A stretch of 64,000 nucleotides of DNA from Enoplolaimus lenunculus (lineage: Eukaryota), in NCBI GenBank assembly GCA_030248215.1, contig JASANG010000245.1, forward strand, positions 310,001 through 374,000, in the 5' to 3' direction. Positions 46,501 to 60,930 of the stretch are shown here, in pieces; the stretch's first letter is position 1, and each line of letters begins with the position of its first letter. The position numbers and the translations under genes are program-made. The notes below the pieces were generated by a model, which was not told where the DNA came from, searched no databases, and was given only the letters and a program-made list of their open reading frames with translations.

Positions 46501-49500
46501 TTGTTCAAGCGATTGCGTGCCAGGTGACCGATGATGATGATAGTGACTGTTGCTGTAGTCAGTATGACGATGTCGAACAGGGGATCGAGACGACGCCTGA
46601 TGATGCATTGAATGCCCGCTAGTAGCGGACGGTAGTGGCAGCGGTGGCTGCAGCAATATAACACCACCTTCAACGGGGTCCTAGAATGGTATAAAAAATC
46701 TCGTGCGAAATAACTTGCAAACACGATGAAACACTATTAATACGCCGGTCGCGTTCACAATAAAAAGCATATAATATAAGCGACAGCGCTGCATGATGTG
46801 GCAGTAGGGTAACGCCCCTTTTAACAGAAACCTAAAATGGCAAAACTTTGATTTGAAATCACTTGCCAAACTCCATGACACAATTTTCATGCGCCTATTG
46901 CCAATACCTTAGTTTTGCTGATGAAGTGGTCAACTTGATGAAACCATTCGTCTTGCTTTTTGACGCCACGATGTCGCCCAGCGCCAAACTGCGGCTAAAA
47001 TAACAAACAGCTTTCAGCACAAAAACCATCTCTATAAGCTCACTTGTGTAAAATATTTTCTGAAACTTCGATATAAATCTTATTTTTGTCTTCATGCGCC
47101 AGGATTCTTAAATGAATAAATTATCCAGCAGACTGAAAAAATGTTATACTCTAATCTAAGGGATGTGCCGATTAATTGGCACTGGTAATAATCGACAATT
47201 TGGTGGAGTTTCGGCATCGCCACTGCAAAAATGCCGATTTTTTGCCGATACTTTTGCACACATAATATTCAGTTGTACTGCTCTCAATTTCACTTCGTGG
47301 CGCGTATCAGTGTGTCCGATAAGGGTAACTGTTATCTCGCTTGCGTTTGTTTGAAAAATTAATTGAAATGAATCGTTCTCTTAAAATTGTAATCGTTTAC
47401 TGTGATGAGGATTTAATTCTTAACATACACACGTTAAGCAGTATTCTTTCTGTTGGTTAAGCACGGTGTACTAAAGTTGGACTCGGCATCGGTATCGCCA
47501 TCGGTATATTTTCATAATAAGAATCGGAATCGGTATAGGCAAAAATTTCGGTCGGCCGGCACAACCCTGCTAATCAAAACTAGAGTAGCATCAAGGTGCG
47601 GGTATTCTGATTGTTGCGGGTATTTTGCCAAAAAATTCCGAGTCCGGGTTTTCGCAACAAACCTCTCCGGGTCCGGGTCTTACAAAAATACCCGGAAAAT
47701 TTGTAATATAAGCGAGATGGTTGCACCCCGCGAACTGCGAAATACATTTATGACATAACACACCAGACATGACTTAAGGCAAATATCGCATGTCGTAAGT
47801 AAAAGCAAACCGAAGAAGAAAAAGTTAGATAAGCATACTTATTCTTAGCGTAATGAATAACCTACGGCGATGTACTTGGATTGCCATTACGAACGCTTAG
47901 TTAGAAATGGTTGTCATGGTTGGGATGCAGAGATATGATACGTCTCATTTTAATTTATCAATTCGACATTTTATTTATGTTTAGAAGTTCAATCAATTAA
48001 TCAAAGCAGGGTGTAACAACCGGAATTTCGGTTCCGGTACGAAAATCCGGTATTTTTCACTATCCGGTTCCAGTAATAAATTCGGTGTTTTTCCACCGCT
48101 ATTTTCCAGTATTTTCACTATTGAAAAAATTTCTCATTGAAAAATTTAAGAAAAATGGGCATATTATTCTAACTTATTTTTCTAAAATTGTCTGGGGGGT
48201 ATTGCCATAATTTTAAAAGAATTTCGGGTCCAGGGTTTCATACCTACAAATTCCGTGTTTGGATTCTCTTCTAGAAAAATCCAGGTGCGGGTCTGGGTAT
48301 TTACTTTGAAATGTTGCAACTCGAATCAAAAACGCTAAAATTTGCGTTCAAAGATTGCAACTAGACTTACCGGAGGAATATGAACTGGAACCGGGGCGTT
48401 GAACGAATTTCCAACTGAAACGCCATACAAACACATGAATACATGCCTAATCAAACTTATCACATGTAAAATTTGCAACCGATACTATGCAATTTTTGCG
48501 CAAACTCAAGCGGACTCTGAATCAATATAATATAGGACGTGACTTCCTCTTGAATTGCAAAAAATATTCAGGATCTGCGAAGAAAACGTTTCGGGGTAAC
48601 AGTTATTCACACACAAGATATTAGGGCTTCAAAGAAAGATGTTAGGAAAATTTTCATTTTCTAGTCAAATTTAAGCAAGTACTATAGGACGGTTTACAAG
48701 TAATTGTCAATGTTACAAAAGATACCAGTGCAGTGGACCTTTGCAAACAAAGCTATATGCATCAGAGGCTATGGAAAGTAACTGAAACAAGCCACAACTA
48801 CAAGTCGTGATGTGATAAAACATTGCATCCTTCTTTAATACCTCCAGGAATTGGTGGCAACGCGCCGTCTGTATTATTCGACGGTGGACGAACCGTTATT
48901 TGATGTGCAACCGCCGAAGGTAACACACCGAGTATGGTTGCAGGTGGTGGCCCGACAAAATGTGGATTGATGTGAACAGTATTGCCCGTCGTAAGTCCAA
49001 TACGACCTGCGAATGATGGAACCACTGGCGAGCTTAGCGCTACTGCTGCAACAGAAATGACTGCCGGCGGCTGCTGCTGACAAGCTGCCGCAGTTTCATT
49101 CGAAATCGTAACCACTTTAGTAGACCGATCTAAAAAACTGTACATATGCCACTAAGGTACGACAGCTAAATAGCTGCAAGTTAAAGACTAAAAGTTACTA
49201 CCAAATGGCAAACGATTAAGCGAAACTGCGCAAAAATTGCCAAAAAATATTAAAATAACAGTTCTATAATATAAGTCAATCATTGGCTCTCTTAATCTCA
49301 ATCTCGTACCAGACTTCAAATCACTCCGACTATGTCGTCTTGTATCCATTCTGTGGGCAGCGGCATAGTCATCGTCAACTTCATCATAATCCAGAATATC
49401 GTCTTCACGATGTAAACCTTCGCTGAAAAGAAGCAATATCACATAACACCAGGGTGCAACTGGAGGTAAAAACCGCAGCCGAAGACCTACAAGCTTGCTG

Positions 49501-52500
49501 GAGCCGGAGATGAAGTGAAATTAGGTAGTTAAAATAGCGTTTAGTTTGCTATTTCCCGAAAATACCTATAAAGTGATGTCAAAAATTTCAGCACTAAGCT
49601 ATTTTTTCAAAAATCTGGGCAATAAACTCATTAGTAGTTTACCAAAAGTTAAAATTAGGCATGTGTCAATTAATCGACACCGGCATCGGTAATAATCGCC
49701 ACTTTTCGTGAGTATCGGCATCGGCACTGCAACAAAAAGCCGATTCTTTGCTGATATTTTTTGCATTTGCACATATAACAGTCAGTTAGAATGCTATCAA
49801 TTTCATTTCTTGCATATCTGTGTGTCTGGTGAGGAAAACTGTTATCTCTTTTGCGGTTGTTTAAAAAAATTAATTGAAATAAACCGTTTTTATAAAATTT
49901 TAACCGGTTATGGTGGTCAGGATCTAAGTCTTCATATAATGATGTGATGTAGTACCCTATCTATTTAAGCATGGTGTACTAAAGTTGGAATCGGCATCGG
50001 TTCGGCATCGGATAAAGTTCAAAATAAGAATCGGCATCGGATAAATTTCAAAATAAGAATCTGCATCGGTATCGGCAAACTGCCCGTTATTAATAAGTTT
50101 TCTTATTATAACCGCAGCAGTAAATATAACTCTGTTCAACCTCAGTACATAAAAACCTATATAAAAGCCTCACTAGATTTCAATTGACCAAGTATGTAGT
50201 TTAGTTAACTTAATTAATTTTGTCGAGCTTCAAACTTATCTCCATTAAAAAAACTCGAAAAATCATGCTCAGCACCGAACTATCGAATAACAGACAAAAT
50301 ATGAAATTACAAAAAAAGCTCTATTCGCATATGCAGTTCAATCACAAAGCTGCTTCTAAGTTCTCGCAGCAGACTACGAATAATTCTCTAAAAAACAGGC
50401 TATTGAATTTAATGTTGCCCGTCGATTGAATTTATTGCGCCGACACATTGTTTGGCCAATCCCAAACAATGCTGTTAAGCGCTACAGAATTAATCCAATT
50501 TTTGAGAACTAAATAAAAATAAGAGGACAAAAGCGTTTTCATGGCAAGCAATTTTGAAAAAAGCCTTCCTCAAATGTGAATGTTTCTTGAAGCTGCACCT
50601 GCAAGTTTTTTTCGAGCATTCCAGAGAATATTCAAATGTATAAATAGCCTTGCTAGTCGAATTACACTGGAAAAATATATGTTATGTTTCATATTTATTG
50701 CAGTCGTCTGCGAATCATGAAATTTCAATGTTTCCTGTCATGATTCAGAGAAAAATGCTACGTATTGCTTTGCAAGTACTTGCAGCTGCAACTTTTCGCT
50801 GCAAAAACTGTCTGTGTGAATAGGGCTATGACCTGCATAATGGTGGAAACATACACATTGGAATCTGCAACGCTACCAATCGGTCGTCCAGGACTTTCGT
50901 CGCGGTCATCACCAAAAACCGGCACCTTCACAACATGGCTATCAGTTTTCTGTGCCGAATCTTCAAGGTTAGCTTCCATCTTCATCATTATTGCACCACA
51001 ACAGGATTCCATTTCAGTATCGTGTAGTTGTTGATTGCTAGTCTGATTTTCTTGAGAATCACATGAAGTTTTCACTGCGCTATCGGTACACGTTGTTTCG
51101 CTTGTTTCGTTTTCGCCAAATCTGTCGCTACTTATATGTCCGGTTAACTCATTGCTACAATCTGTAACCTGATCATTATCGGAATGTTGCACAGCGCGAA
51201 TTTGGGATCCATCCGCCGGAAAAATTCCATCGCTGCTTATATCTTGCACACTAACAAGAAAACGTTCTCCAAGCACTTTTTGATCATTATATGCACTCGT
51301 TTTAGGTTCCAATTCAGTTGATGAAACGTTATGAATACACTGTTGGCTTGTTTCCACAGACGAAACTTGATTCGGTTGTGTCAATCTAAGGTTATATATT
51401 GATTATTAGAAAGTATATAATTTGATCAAGCAACATAAAGATTTTGCTAACTTCACTTTCAATAATCAATCACCGGCGAAATGGGTTCAGCTTTGTAATG
51501 CAAAAGTTGTAATAAAACAAGGCTGCATATATTTTGATAATTTTAAGCTCCTGACACATATCAGCGCCAAATGCATTACAATAAATGTCGCAACGTATAC
51601 CGAGATCTGTTATAGGATTGTACGTACGTACAAGTAAAAACTTATGACATGTTTGCGTAAACTTCAAAAACCCACAACTAAAACTTGCCCAAAGATGTGC
51701 TGCGTCTTTGCATGCTCTGAAATATGCTGCTGCTTAGCCTCATCAGCGCTGCTATCAATTTTGGCTGTCATGTTTTCTGTTGTCTCAGACGACGAGCTAA
51801 CCACATTCTCTGAATCCGCGCCAACGTATTTAGTCGCACCACCATCTGGCAACTCGTTAGTGGTATGTATGCTGCTGCTTGGAACATTATTCGAAAGCAT
51901 CAACATTTCGTCTAAACATAATTGGTGGAAAATAAAATTATGGAAAATATACATCAAAACTCCGACCTCTCTTTCTTCCCATTTTTGTGGGGGGCTTTTC
52001 AAAGGTTTACGCAGCCTGGGGGAATTTATATACGTTTTATACGCTTGTGCTAGCATTCGCTATACAATATTACTTTTGTCACGATTTAATAACGAATTTG
52101 GTGATAAACGCTCTAAAAAATCTACGTTTTCAACTCGTTATAAAGTTTTTAAGGTGTAAATTACATACGAGGTTATAAGATGCCCCCCTCTCTGAAAAAA
52201 GTGAGATCATAAACCTGGGACAAACTAAAAGTGTGGGAATTGACTGTGTGGGGTTTCACACCCTCACCAATTAGTGCCCAGGAACAAAGAAAACGCGTAC
52301 GTCAGCAGAACTAATCCCAGCTAACTAATACCATTCAATAAAAACCAGAAGAAATTTTTAGCCACGCGACGGGGAGGAAGACAACGTAAGTCTGGCCAGT
52401 CTGGAGTCCGCGTCCACGAGCCAAAATTTTTTAAGGATATTCATTTACGTTTTTATTAGCCTATTAAGTCTGCTTTCCGTTCGGTCCACTTGTCAGATAT

Positions 52501-54647
52501 ACTGGCAATAGTTTTTTGTGAAATTATGTTAGTTACAATACGTCTTCAACAATTTTTTGACCAGAACATGCATTTGAAATGTGCGCATGGACTGAGACAT
52601 GTGGTATTTTGAGATTTGTATAGAAACTGGAAGGTTTTATTGCTCCAAGAGTATGAGAATATTTTATTGCTTTAATTACATTTGTTACAATGTATCGTAA
52701 AACACATCGCATTACAACTGAAAAAATATATTGTGTTTATAGCGCTGAAAAGTGTTTTTAGGTCTGAATATATTCTGCTGGAGACAAATCTCGACTTTGG
52801 TTCATACCGGCAGGTACAAATTAAGTTTAGATGTTTTCGCCGACTAGGGGTACCCCGGCCAACTCTTAGTAGCAAAGCAGCACACATTAGACAATCGAGA
52901 CTGAACCAACCTTTCAATTCTTCACTAAAAGCAACGTTCGCTTCACGATGCTGAACATCGCCAAATTGAGTACACTTTTCAGCCAATGAGCTGGAATTAT
53001 TCTGCTGATCCGCTGTGTCCGAAGCGATTCCCAACACAACATCTTCATCCAAAAAATCGACGTCCGCAACAGATGCATCAGTGGCCTTTTCATCCTTAGC
53101 TGTTTCACTCTGAATAAACAATAGGAAACTTGTTATGGTAATCAGTACTGCATAACAACTAAAAAACTGATCATCAAAGCATGATGGAGCCAACGAAACA
53201 ATAATCAAAAATGATTTGAAAAACAGTAGCGAATAAATGTGGTCCAAAATTCTAAAACTTGTTATTTGGTAACCGACTGCATAATCTAGCAGTTCGATAA
53301 GAAATACTTTGCTTCAACGGAACTGGCAACAACCCATTTGCGCACACTTTTTTGTGTGTAGCTTTGCTTACCGGCATTAGCGTGCCCAAAATCGCATCTT
53401 CATCTTCTATGTTTGACATCCACGATGGAGGTTCTTAAAATACTATTTTTACATTTAGTGCACAGTATTCATGTATTATTGTTATTGTATTCTTAGTTTG
53501 ATATTACAAGTGATGCTATTTCGTTTCAGTTTCACAACCCAAGTTGTTCGTCTGAGAACCGTAAGCAGCGAACAATACGTACATGCTTAGACGAAGCAAA
53601 AGCAATAACTTACTAGAAAAGCAATAACTTACCAGCGTTGTTTTCCGCACCACTTGATTGTTCTTTGATAGGCGCACTGTCCGCTGTTAAAATATGCGAT
53701 ACTCTAGTAGAATTACTTGTTATACCGAGAAGAGCGTCCTCATCCAGTGACTCATCATCATCATCATCAATGTCGGCTGCATTATCGGCTAACTGGTCAG
53801 CTGTGTCTTCCTGAATAACAGAATACTATCAGGAGGCGCGCTTTAAACAAAATAATGTTGCAATGATGGAATCAACGCTGTGTAAATAATTAAAATTTAT
53901 TTTTGCCACTTTGGGGAAGGGATGAAAGACGGGAACCTCACTCTCGGCTTGTTACAGTATTTGGCAGGTCTTGGTCCTTATTCGGCTTTTTGAGTCGCGG
54001 TGGTTTAGAACTGAGACCAGAATTCGAGGACTCAGCAAATCCCAGTAAACCTGTAAAAAGTAGAAGTTCACATTGTTGAAGTAGCAGTGGTGTCTTATGA
54101 TTGAAATTTCGCTGCGAAACTATGAGTTTTCGTAGTTACGCAGTAAATATTAGCTCAATACACAAAAACTGCGAAAAACGGCAAAAAAAGTATGAAAACA
54201 TCATTAGAAACAATCTACTTTGAAAATTTTAATTTTTTCGGCGAGGATCAAAACGGACTGAGACCACGAGTTTCATGGCCAGGCTCCGTAAGTCAGGTCT
54301 TGGTTTCTTTTTTTAACCATGACCCCCCATCGATGCTTTGGAGTTCATATAACAAGCCACGCCAGTAGCCTTGAGCACCTTTTTGGTTGTTTCTACCACA
54401 TGAATGTTGATGTTGCTGTTGTTGTATAAAAACACGAAAAATTCCTGAAACAAAACTGAGACGATATATACAATTACGTATATATAATCAGGGGCAACGA
54501 ATTCTTCTTCCTTCTCCCCGATTCCGAAACAAATTAGACCCAAAAAAAAAAAACAAAAAAAAAAAAAAAAAAAAACCACATATATACGTATATTTTGATA
54601 CTTACCGAAACCTTTAATATGGAATCTTCGTCGTTAAAAGTGGACAT
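40549..54647 (-). CDS. RBM33: RNA-binding protein 33-like (acidic N-terminus, HINPHF motif, coiled coil, RS/Pro-rich region, C-terminal RRM), 18 exons, ~1769 aa
   Basis: Exons 54647-54606, 53810-53633, 53433-53372, 53109-52911, 51911-51689, 51385-50855, 49422-49310, 49129-48842, 48414-48371, 46994-46908, 46680-46339, 46029-45964, 45604-45512, 44739-44476, 44224-41696, 41283-41185, 40834-40746, 40609-40549; all in phase (5310 nt). Motifs recalled from RBM33: VHINPHFVG, YLEKLEEQKRLREMLNRRKELRRQQ, terminal RRM ending FDRRMIDLSKISVEL. Confidence 0.85.
45009..45379. mobile_element. hAT-like MITE (CAGGGTGCAACCGG TIR)
   Basis: TIR CAGGGTGCAACCGGAATT; 8-bp TSD ATTACTTG/ATTGCTTG; CCGGTT repeats; same family at 60666-60930. 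Confidence 0.88.
47158..47569. mobile_element. hAT-like element with ATCGGC repeats
   Basis: AGGGATGTGCCGATTAATTGG ... GGCCGGCACAACCCT; related copies at ~49656-50090 and ~58490-58720. Confidence 0.6.
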
Positions 54648-56092
54648 GAAGAAATCGCTATATATTTAAATTACAAAGTTTCAATTGTCTAAATAACAAC
54701 AAAACGTACACTAGCAAAGTAGCGCGACAAAATAATAGCACGGATCATATATAATTGCGAAATGGTTTGAACATGCGCGAGGAATTCTACGCGCACTGTT
54801 TCAGCTACGTGATTGAAGTCGTAATGTTGTCTCTATGTACCTAACTGACGAGTATTCTAGAAATATTGTCGATGAACGATTAGAAACAACTAGCATCTAT
54901 GGTTTTGCAAACAACTTCTGAAGCAACAGAGCATCTATTAATTTGTTTTTGTCACTCACTGCTTTCGGGTGGCGAACAGTTTTCGCTTGCTGTACTCCTT
55001 AAAGAAACAAGCGTTACAAATTGGTTAGAACGACGATCTAAACTTATCTCGCAATTCTGCAGTAATTATGATGCGAAAAACATTAAAATTTCACATGCAT
55101 AAAATGTATACCCAGAATGCATTGATTATGTAAGCTTTTTAATCAGTAAACGCAAAAGGGCCTATATATACATATAAACAGCTGACTTTGCTGGGAAACT
55201 TTGAAGTTTCCTTAATTTTGGAATAGAAAAAGCTGAAAAACACTCCGGGCACTTTGCGCAAATTTAGTTTCCAAATATAGGACACGCAAGCATAAGTTTT
55301 TAACAACATGGTGACTCGGCTGCTGCCGGTAATTCGCGCAACCAGCCAGTACTGGATCAATTTAAGCTGATTGAGTTTGACACAAAATAAACTCAAGCCG
55401 TTAAAATAACGTCAATATAGAGAACGCATTACTAACAGTACACAGCTTCGTTTTTAACGTAAAACTCAATCATCAACGTCTGACTCGTGATACTTTGCAA
55501 TCTTTTTTTAAATTTTTAGCTTCTAAAAAGTGAATGTTAAAACTGTCGATTACGCTTAACTTGAGCCGACCTTTTATCTCGACCATGTTTTACATAATTT
55601 GTATGTTACACCGTCAAAAACGCACTAGCTATGCAACGAGCTGCAATTACTGTTCCGTTAGCTCAAAAAGGTTGTATTCACATTCACATTGGGATGATCG
55701 ATTTAATGTGAATTGATTTTGCTGCGCTCTTCATCAAAAATTATAACGGGAAACCCAAGAAGCTTGACGTCAGATAACGAAAGTAGTACCCTCAATTCTG
55801 CAAGTCTTGGTGAAACTGTAAATGTTTGCTGCTGTATTTTTTACTGATGCCTTATTGTACCTATTTTGGGCATTTGGAACTGAGAATGTCGAGAACACAA
55901 TTGAAAACAACTTTATTTCACGCAAAAAAGACAAATCAAGCATAACCAAGTTAGTCAAGGTTTCAAGTAGGAAAATCCGATGCTAATCATTTCCATTGAA
56001 AACATATAGATAAAAAAGGAAATCGGGATTTGTGTATTGCTTCAAAGTATCACGGAAAATCGGGAAATTGAACAAAAAAACAAAGTTTAAGT

Positions 56093-56613
56093 GGATCATC
56101 CACGCAATATTTAATACGCGCAAAGTTGTAAAAAAATTGTTCACCCACCCCCTTTAGCACTAGTGTCAATTAACTATGCTATTACCAGGGTCTGATGACG
56201 TCACACACCCTGTACTTATAGCCATTTTGTACTGACGGTGTTCCAAGGGAGTAGGGACAAAACATTTTCCCTCTGTATGGACTACACTAAAACGCAACTC
56301 CAGACTCGCGCTACAGTATTGTTTCTGCGAAATGCTATTTAATTTTTTTGCGCATAGCTTCTGCCAAAACAAATGTACAACTATTGTCCCTTCGAACAGT
56401 GTCTCATTATAGTGCAGGACAAAATGCACTCTGAACTGTACCCGTACCGACATTGAAGATCTTGTAAAGTAAGACGTCTGCGTTGTCCTTGGACTACTGT
56501 AAAGAGACTAGTTCTAAATATTCTTCCTACATAGTTCCGAAGAACGACATAGGTCCTTACCCAGACCTGGACAATTTTTCACAGTAGTGCGCGCACCATT
56601 TCGTGGATAACCC
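56093..56613. mobile_element. Diverged relative of the 22453-22977 TIR element
   Basis: GGATCATCCACG ... CGTGGATAACCC ends, similar length and subterminal TGTAAAAAAATTGT. Confidence 0.65.
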
Positions 56614-59278
56614 ATTACGTATAAAAATTACAGAATTTCTTGTTTTCGTATAAAAAACTGAAACAGACCAAACACTGAATTTAAAAGCAATACATACACT
56701 GCAAAGCATGTTGAGTAAAATTGAGATCTCCGAAATCGGCTATTCGTGACTACACAAATTGAGTTAAAATTCCACTCTACAAGAGTCAAACTTTGCTTTA
56801 TAATTGAACATTTTTAGCTTTCAAGTTTGTAATAGGAGGTTTTGCAGGACAGCTTTATTGTTGCCTTTACCCTGGCGTACAGATAACGTGTCGACTAGTC
56901 GAATGTGAATGTGAATGTGACCCCTTTTATGATGGTAGCAGAGACAAGGTAGAACCGGAGGTCTGCATAGGCTCTGGTAGCTAGTTTGGCGGATGTTTCA
57001 AGAGTTTCGGTTCCTGTGAATTGTGTTTCATAAATGTTGTACAGTAGGACAAGCTTGCTTAGTAAGCGGGGTTGGGGGCTATTTTGTAAACTTTTAGTTA
57101 CCGGAATTTATAAAATATAGTTTGAAAACAATTGTTTGAAAATATTTTGCTGATTCTTGTTAAATTCAAGACGAAATGAAATGCTCTCCATACTATCCTA
57201 AAAGGCTACTGTGATGTTCAGTTACCACTCTTTCTATGGGCTATCGAGCCGCCGACCAACTCTCAAGCGTTTTATAACGCATATCGTTACGCTTCTAGAA
57301 GCTGTACCAATCAATATTTTAGGCTCCACAAAACGGCCTCGTTGTGAAATCTACCTTAAGAACATGTTAGTAGAGTCCCGTAAACTTTATAGAAGACTGT
57401 TTACCGCATTGTATATATTTTTATATACCACTACATCTATCTGCCTTCGCGCAGTTTTAATACGACGAAACGTTTTTAATGATCATGTCTTGGGTCAATA
57501 ACAAGTAGGAGACCAGAGAAGGCAATCCAGCGATCAAAACACTTCTGCTTGAATTTATTTATGCACAATAAACATGTGCCAATGGGGTTTCAGGTTTTAA
57601 CAGCCATCTGTTTTGTTTTTAATCTTTAACTGACAGCAGGTAAAATTTCTAATAAAGTATCATTGTAAATTTCATCAGTTGATTTTAACTCAGAATGAGA
57701 GTTCAATCAATTCAAAGGTACTGAGCTTTGAATTAGTTCTTTCAGAACTCGGAATTCTGAATGGATAGAACTCACTCTGAATTAATTAATCAACTCACCC
57801 AAAATTAAATTACCTCTGAGTTATTTAACGTTTTACATGAGCGTCTAGAAGGTTAGCAATTTTTATTTTAGGAACCTATTTTCACGCCACATTACAATTC
57901 CCTACTAGGATCTGTAAATTATGTAGCTAGGATCTAAAGTACAAGTGGTAGGTTGAATTTTTCAATATTTTGTGTGCTTGCCCGACGTGCCACTAGGGGA
58001 GTGATTGTAACTTGGTTTGTTATATTTTAATTTTATTTCAAACTTTCTTGCCTTTTAACTGTTAAGTATTTAGCCCGAATCCAAGCGTGAATACCTGCCT
58101 GTATTACTTTTATGAACATAAAACTACTAAGTAGGATTTTTGCAAAATGTTTATTCGCGCTCAACTCGATCTCGTGATTTCAAAATTATGTACTTTAACT
58201 AGGTGGAATTTTTTTGGTTTTTCGAATTTAAGTAATGGAAAACTTAGGGAGAAAAATAAAAAATTCTTTTAAGAGTACAAAATTGGCTATTGTGTTAAAC
58301 GTCTGAGGTAATTTCTAGCTGATGGAAGATTTTAATATGCATACTAGGTTGAAATTAGGTGGTTCTTCCTGGGAGTATTATACGGAATATTTTCAGGCGA
58401 ATAACATGTATCCCTAACAAGAACAATCATGAAATGTTATTTTTTGAGAGACTTTTGATGGAATTCCGATTCAAGGCATGGTTTGATATATGTTGGTCTG
58501 CCGAGTGTCGATTCTTTGCCGATACGGTTTGCACATCATTGTGACTTGGTGGAATGCTATCAGTTTCACCTGTTGTTGGTAAATATGGTAGTTGTATATG
58601 GTTTAAGTCTTCCCGTTTATAATGATGTAGTAGTAATCCCATCAGTTCGTTAAGCACTGTGCATTAAAATTGCAATCGGCAACAGTATCAGCAGAAATTA
58701 TAGTATCGGCGCTTCACTAGTACGTGGAACTGGAATTCCATTCAAGACGAGTTCCTATTTCGATTTCGATTGCGCATTCAATCAGAGTCGACATTTTGAA
58801 GTTTTAATTTTAATCCTACTTGTTATCGACAAAAATTTTGGTATCTGCACATCCTTAATATTTTAGCTTGTTAAAAAGTCAGTTCGTTTTGGTTTTGGCA
58901 CACATCAAATCTTTCAAATATTATACGCAACTCATTCTGTTTTATTCTCGTTTTAAGGCTCAACTTTTCCGGCGGCTTGAAAACACCATCCGTTGTCGCA
59001 CGGAAAATGACCCCCAAAAATACCTAGTTGCCCGCCTCCCAAAATTTAACTTAAGACCCATTTGCAATGGCAAATCAAAATTTTTTTCGGTGGGCATTCG
59101 AGGTTGATCCAGTCCACTTTCACTAGCTATTGCCGTGGCCAAAAACTTACGTAATCATTTTAACTAATTGTTGATATATCTCAGTCCTAAATGATTGCTT
59201 AATGACAAATGATGTTTAATTAATTGAAAGTTTATAAAATAATGCGAAATACATCAAACGTTGTATACCGTGCAAATA

Positions 59279-59831
59279 CGTGTTTGAATTGTCATCCTGG
59301 GGTATTAATCTTACATTGATGTTTTATAGTTTTAAGCCGTTGTTTATTAGCTACATGCTAATTTGCATAATTGGTTAAGCCTAAATTTGGCATTTTTAAG
59401 GAATTTCAATAATTATTACGGTTACAAGCAATATATTTTCAGTACTAAACGGTTCGTGAGTGCGAGGAATCTAAATAAATTGTTTACAAACTCCCAAAAC
59501 CGATAAATGAATAGTTACGTAGGTTATAACTAATTAGTATATTAGCTTAATTCTACGTGTCTGAATTGTCATCATGGGGTATTAACCTTGCATTCATGTT
59601 TTAAAGTTTTAAGCCGTTGTTTATTAGCTACATGCTAATTTGCATAATTGGTTAAGCCTGAATTTGGCATTTTTAAGATATTTCAATAACAATTATTACG
59701 GTTACAAGCAATATATTTTCAGTACTAAACGGTTCGTGAGTGCGAGGAATCTAAATAAATTGTTAGAAATTCTCAAAACCGATAAATGAATAGTTACGTA
59801 GGTAATAACTAATTTATATATTAGCTTAATT
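59279..59831. repeat. Tandem duplication of a ~277-bp unit within a dispersed repeat
   Basis: Units start CGTGT(T/C)TGAATTGTCATC at 59279 and 59556; the same repeat family occurs inverted at ~44770-45490 and partially at ~630-685. Confidence 0.85.
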
Positions 59832-60265
59832 GCTTAAGTGTGTTCGAGTTTCCCCAATGTAGTCCCACTATGACTGGTAGATATTATGCGTATGTTTTTC
59901 GCACATGCCATGTATCTTCTTTGTGGAATCTTTTTTAACAAATAATTTGTTTTAATTTGTCGCTTCTGAATTGAACGTTTCCTTTGTTTATGTCAAATGG
60001 TTCAAACTTAAGCGGTATGAATTATATAGCCTTACTTGTCTGTACATCCGGCTGGCAAAGGGGCCCAGTCGATTCGGTATTAAAGTTTTTGTACTTTTGA
60101 AATGTTGTTGGAAAAATTTTGCCGACAGTTTACAGAAGGCTGTTAATAGTAGTGTTAGTTTCAGCATAATGTTACCTATCGTTACCCTGATTCCAATCTA
60201 ACGAAAGCAAATTTTGTCTAACCGGTTCCGGTAGGGATGTAGTTGACGTTTTTCACCTTATATGT

Positions 60266-60655
60266 CAGGGATTGACCGGATATTCGCTTCGGGTTTGATA
60301 TCCGGCAAAATACGACATCCGTATCTAGTTCCGGTATCTGGTGTAAACCTACCTGATACCGGATATTTGTGGTTGTGGTTCCAAATATTACAAAACTGTT
60401 TTTTGCACTGTCAAAGTACTAGATATATATGTTCAAGCGACTGCAATTCCAAGCAATTCATGAATGGATACTGACTTTGAATGACAAATCCAAACCAAAA
60501 ATTAATCTTAAATCCATAAATACATATTTTTGCACGACTCAAAACTTCCAACAGTGTACAAATTTAGATCCTATATCCGGTTAATATGCGGTTCCGGTGC
60601 AAAATTCACTATCCAGCTGCGGTATCCGGCAAAATTAATATCCGGTGGATCCCTG
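60266..60655. mobile_element. hAT-like MITE (CAGGGAT ends, ATCCGG repeats)
   Basis: CAGGGATTGACCGGATA ... TATCCGGTGGATCCCTG; TSD TTATATGT/ATATATGT; relative at ~2189-2740. Confidence 0.8.
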
Positions 60656-60665
60656 ATATATGTAT

Positions 60666-60930
60666 CAGGGTGCAACCGGAATTACAACTTACCGGAACCG
60701 GAATTTGAAAATTTTACCGGAACCGGAAAGTGAAAAATGCATTTCACCAAAAATTTCATTTTAATCTTATTTTTTGCTCTATTAGCATCAATGGCTTATA
60801 TTCGGAGTACAAGTGGCTGTCAAAAGAGATTCTTTAAAATTAGCAAAGTTAAGAAAACGGCCAAATTATAATACTGGAATTTTTAAATCCGGTAAAAATT
60901 TACCGGAACCGGAATTCCGGTTGCACCCTG
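60666..60930. mobile_element. hAT-like MITE (CAGGGTGCAACCGG TIR)
   Basis: Perfect TIR and perfect 8-bp TSD ATATGTAT. Confidence 0.9.

Noticed and set aside
54313..54579. Hydrophobic poly-Phe ORF
   Set aside because: Arises from an A-run in intron 1 of the RBM33-like gene.
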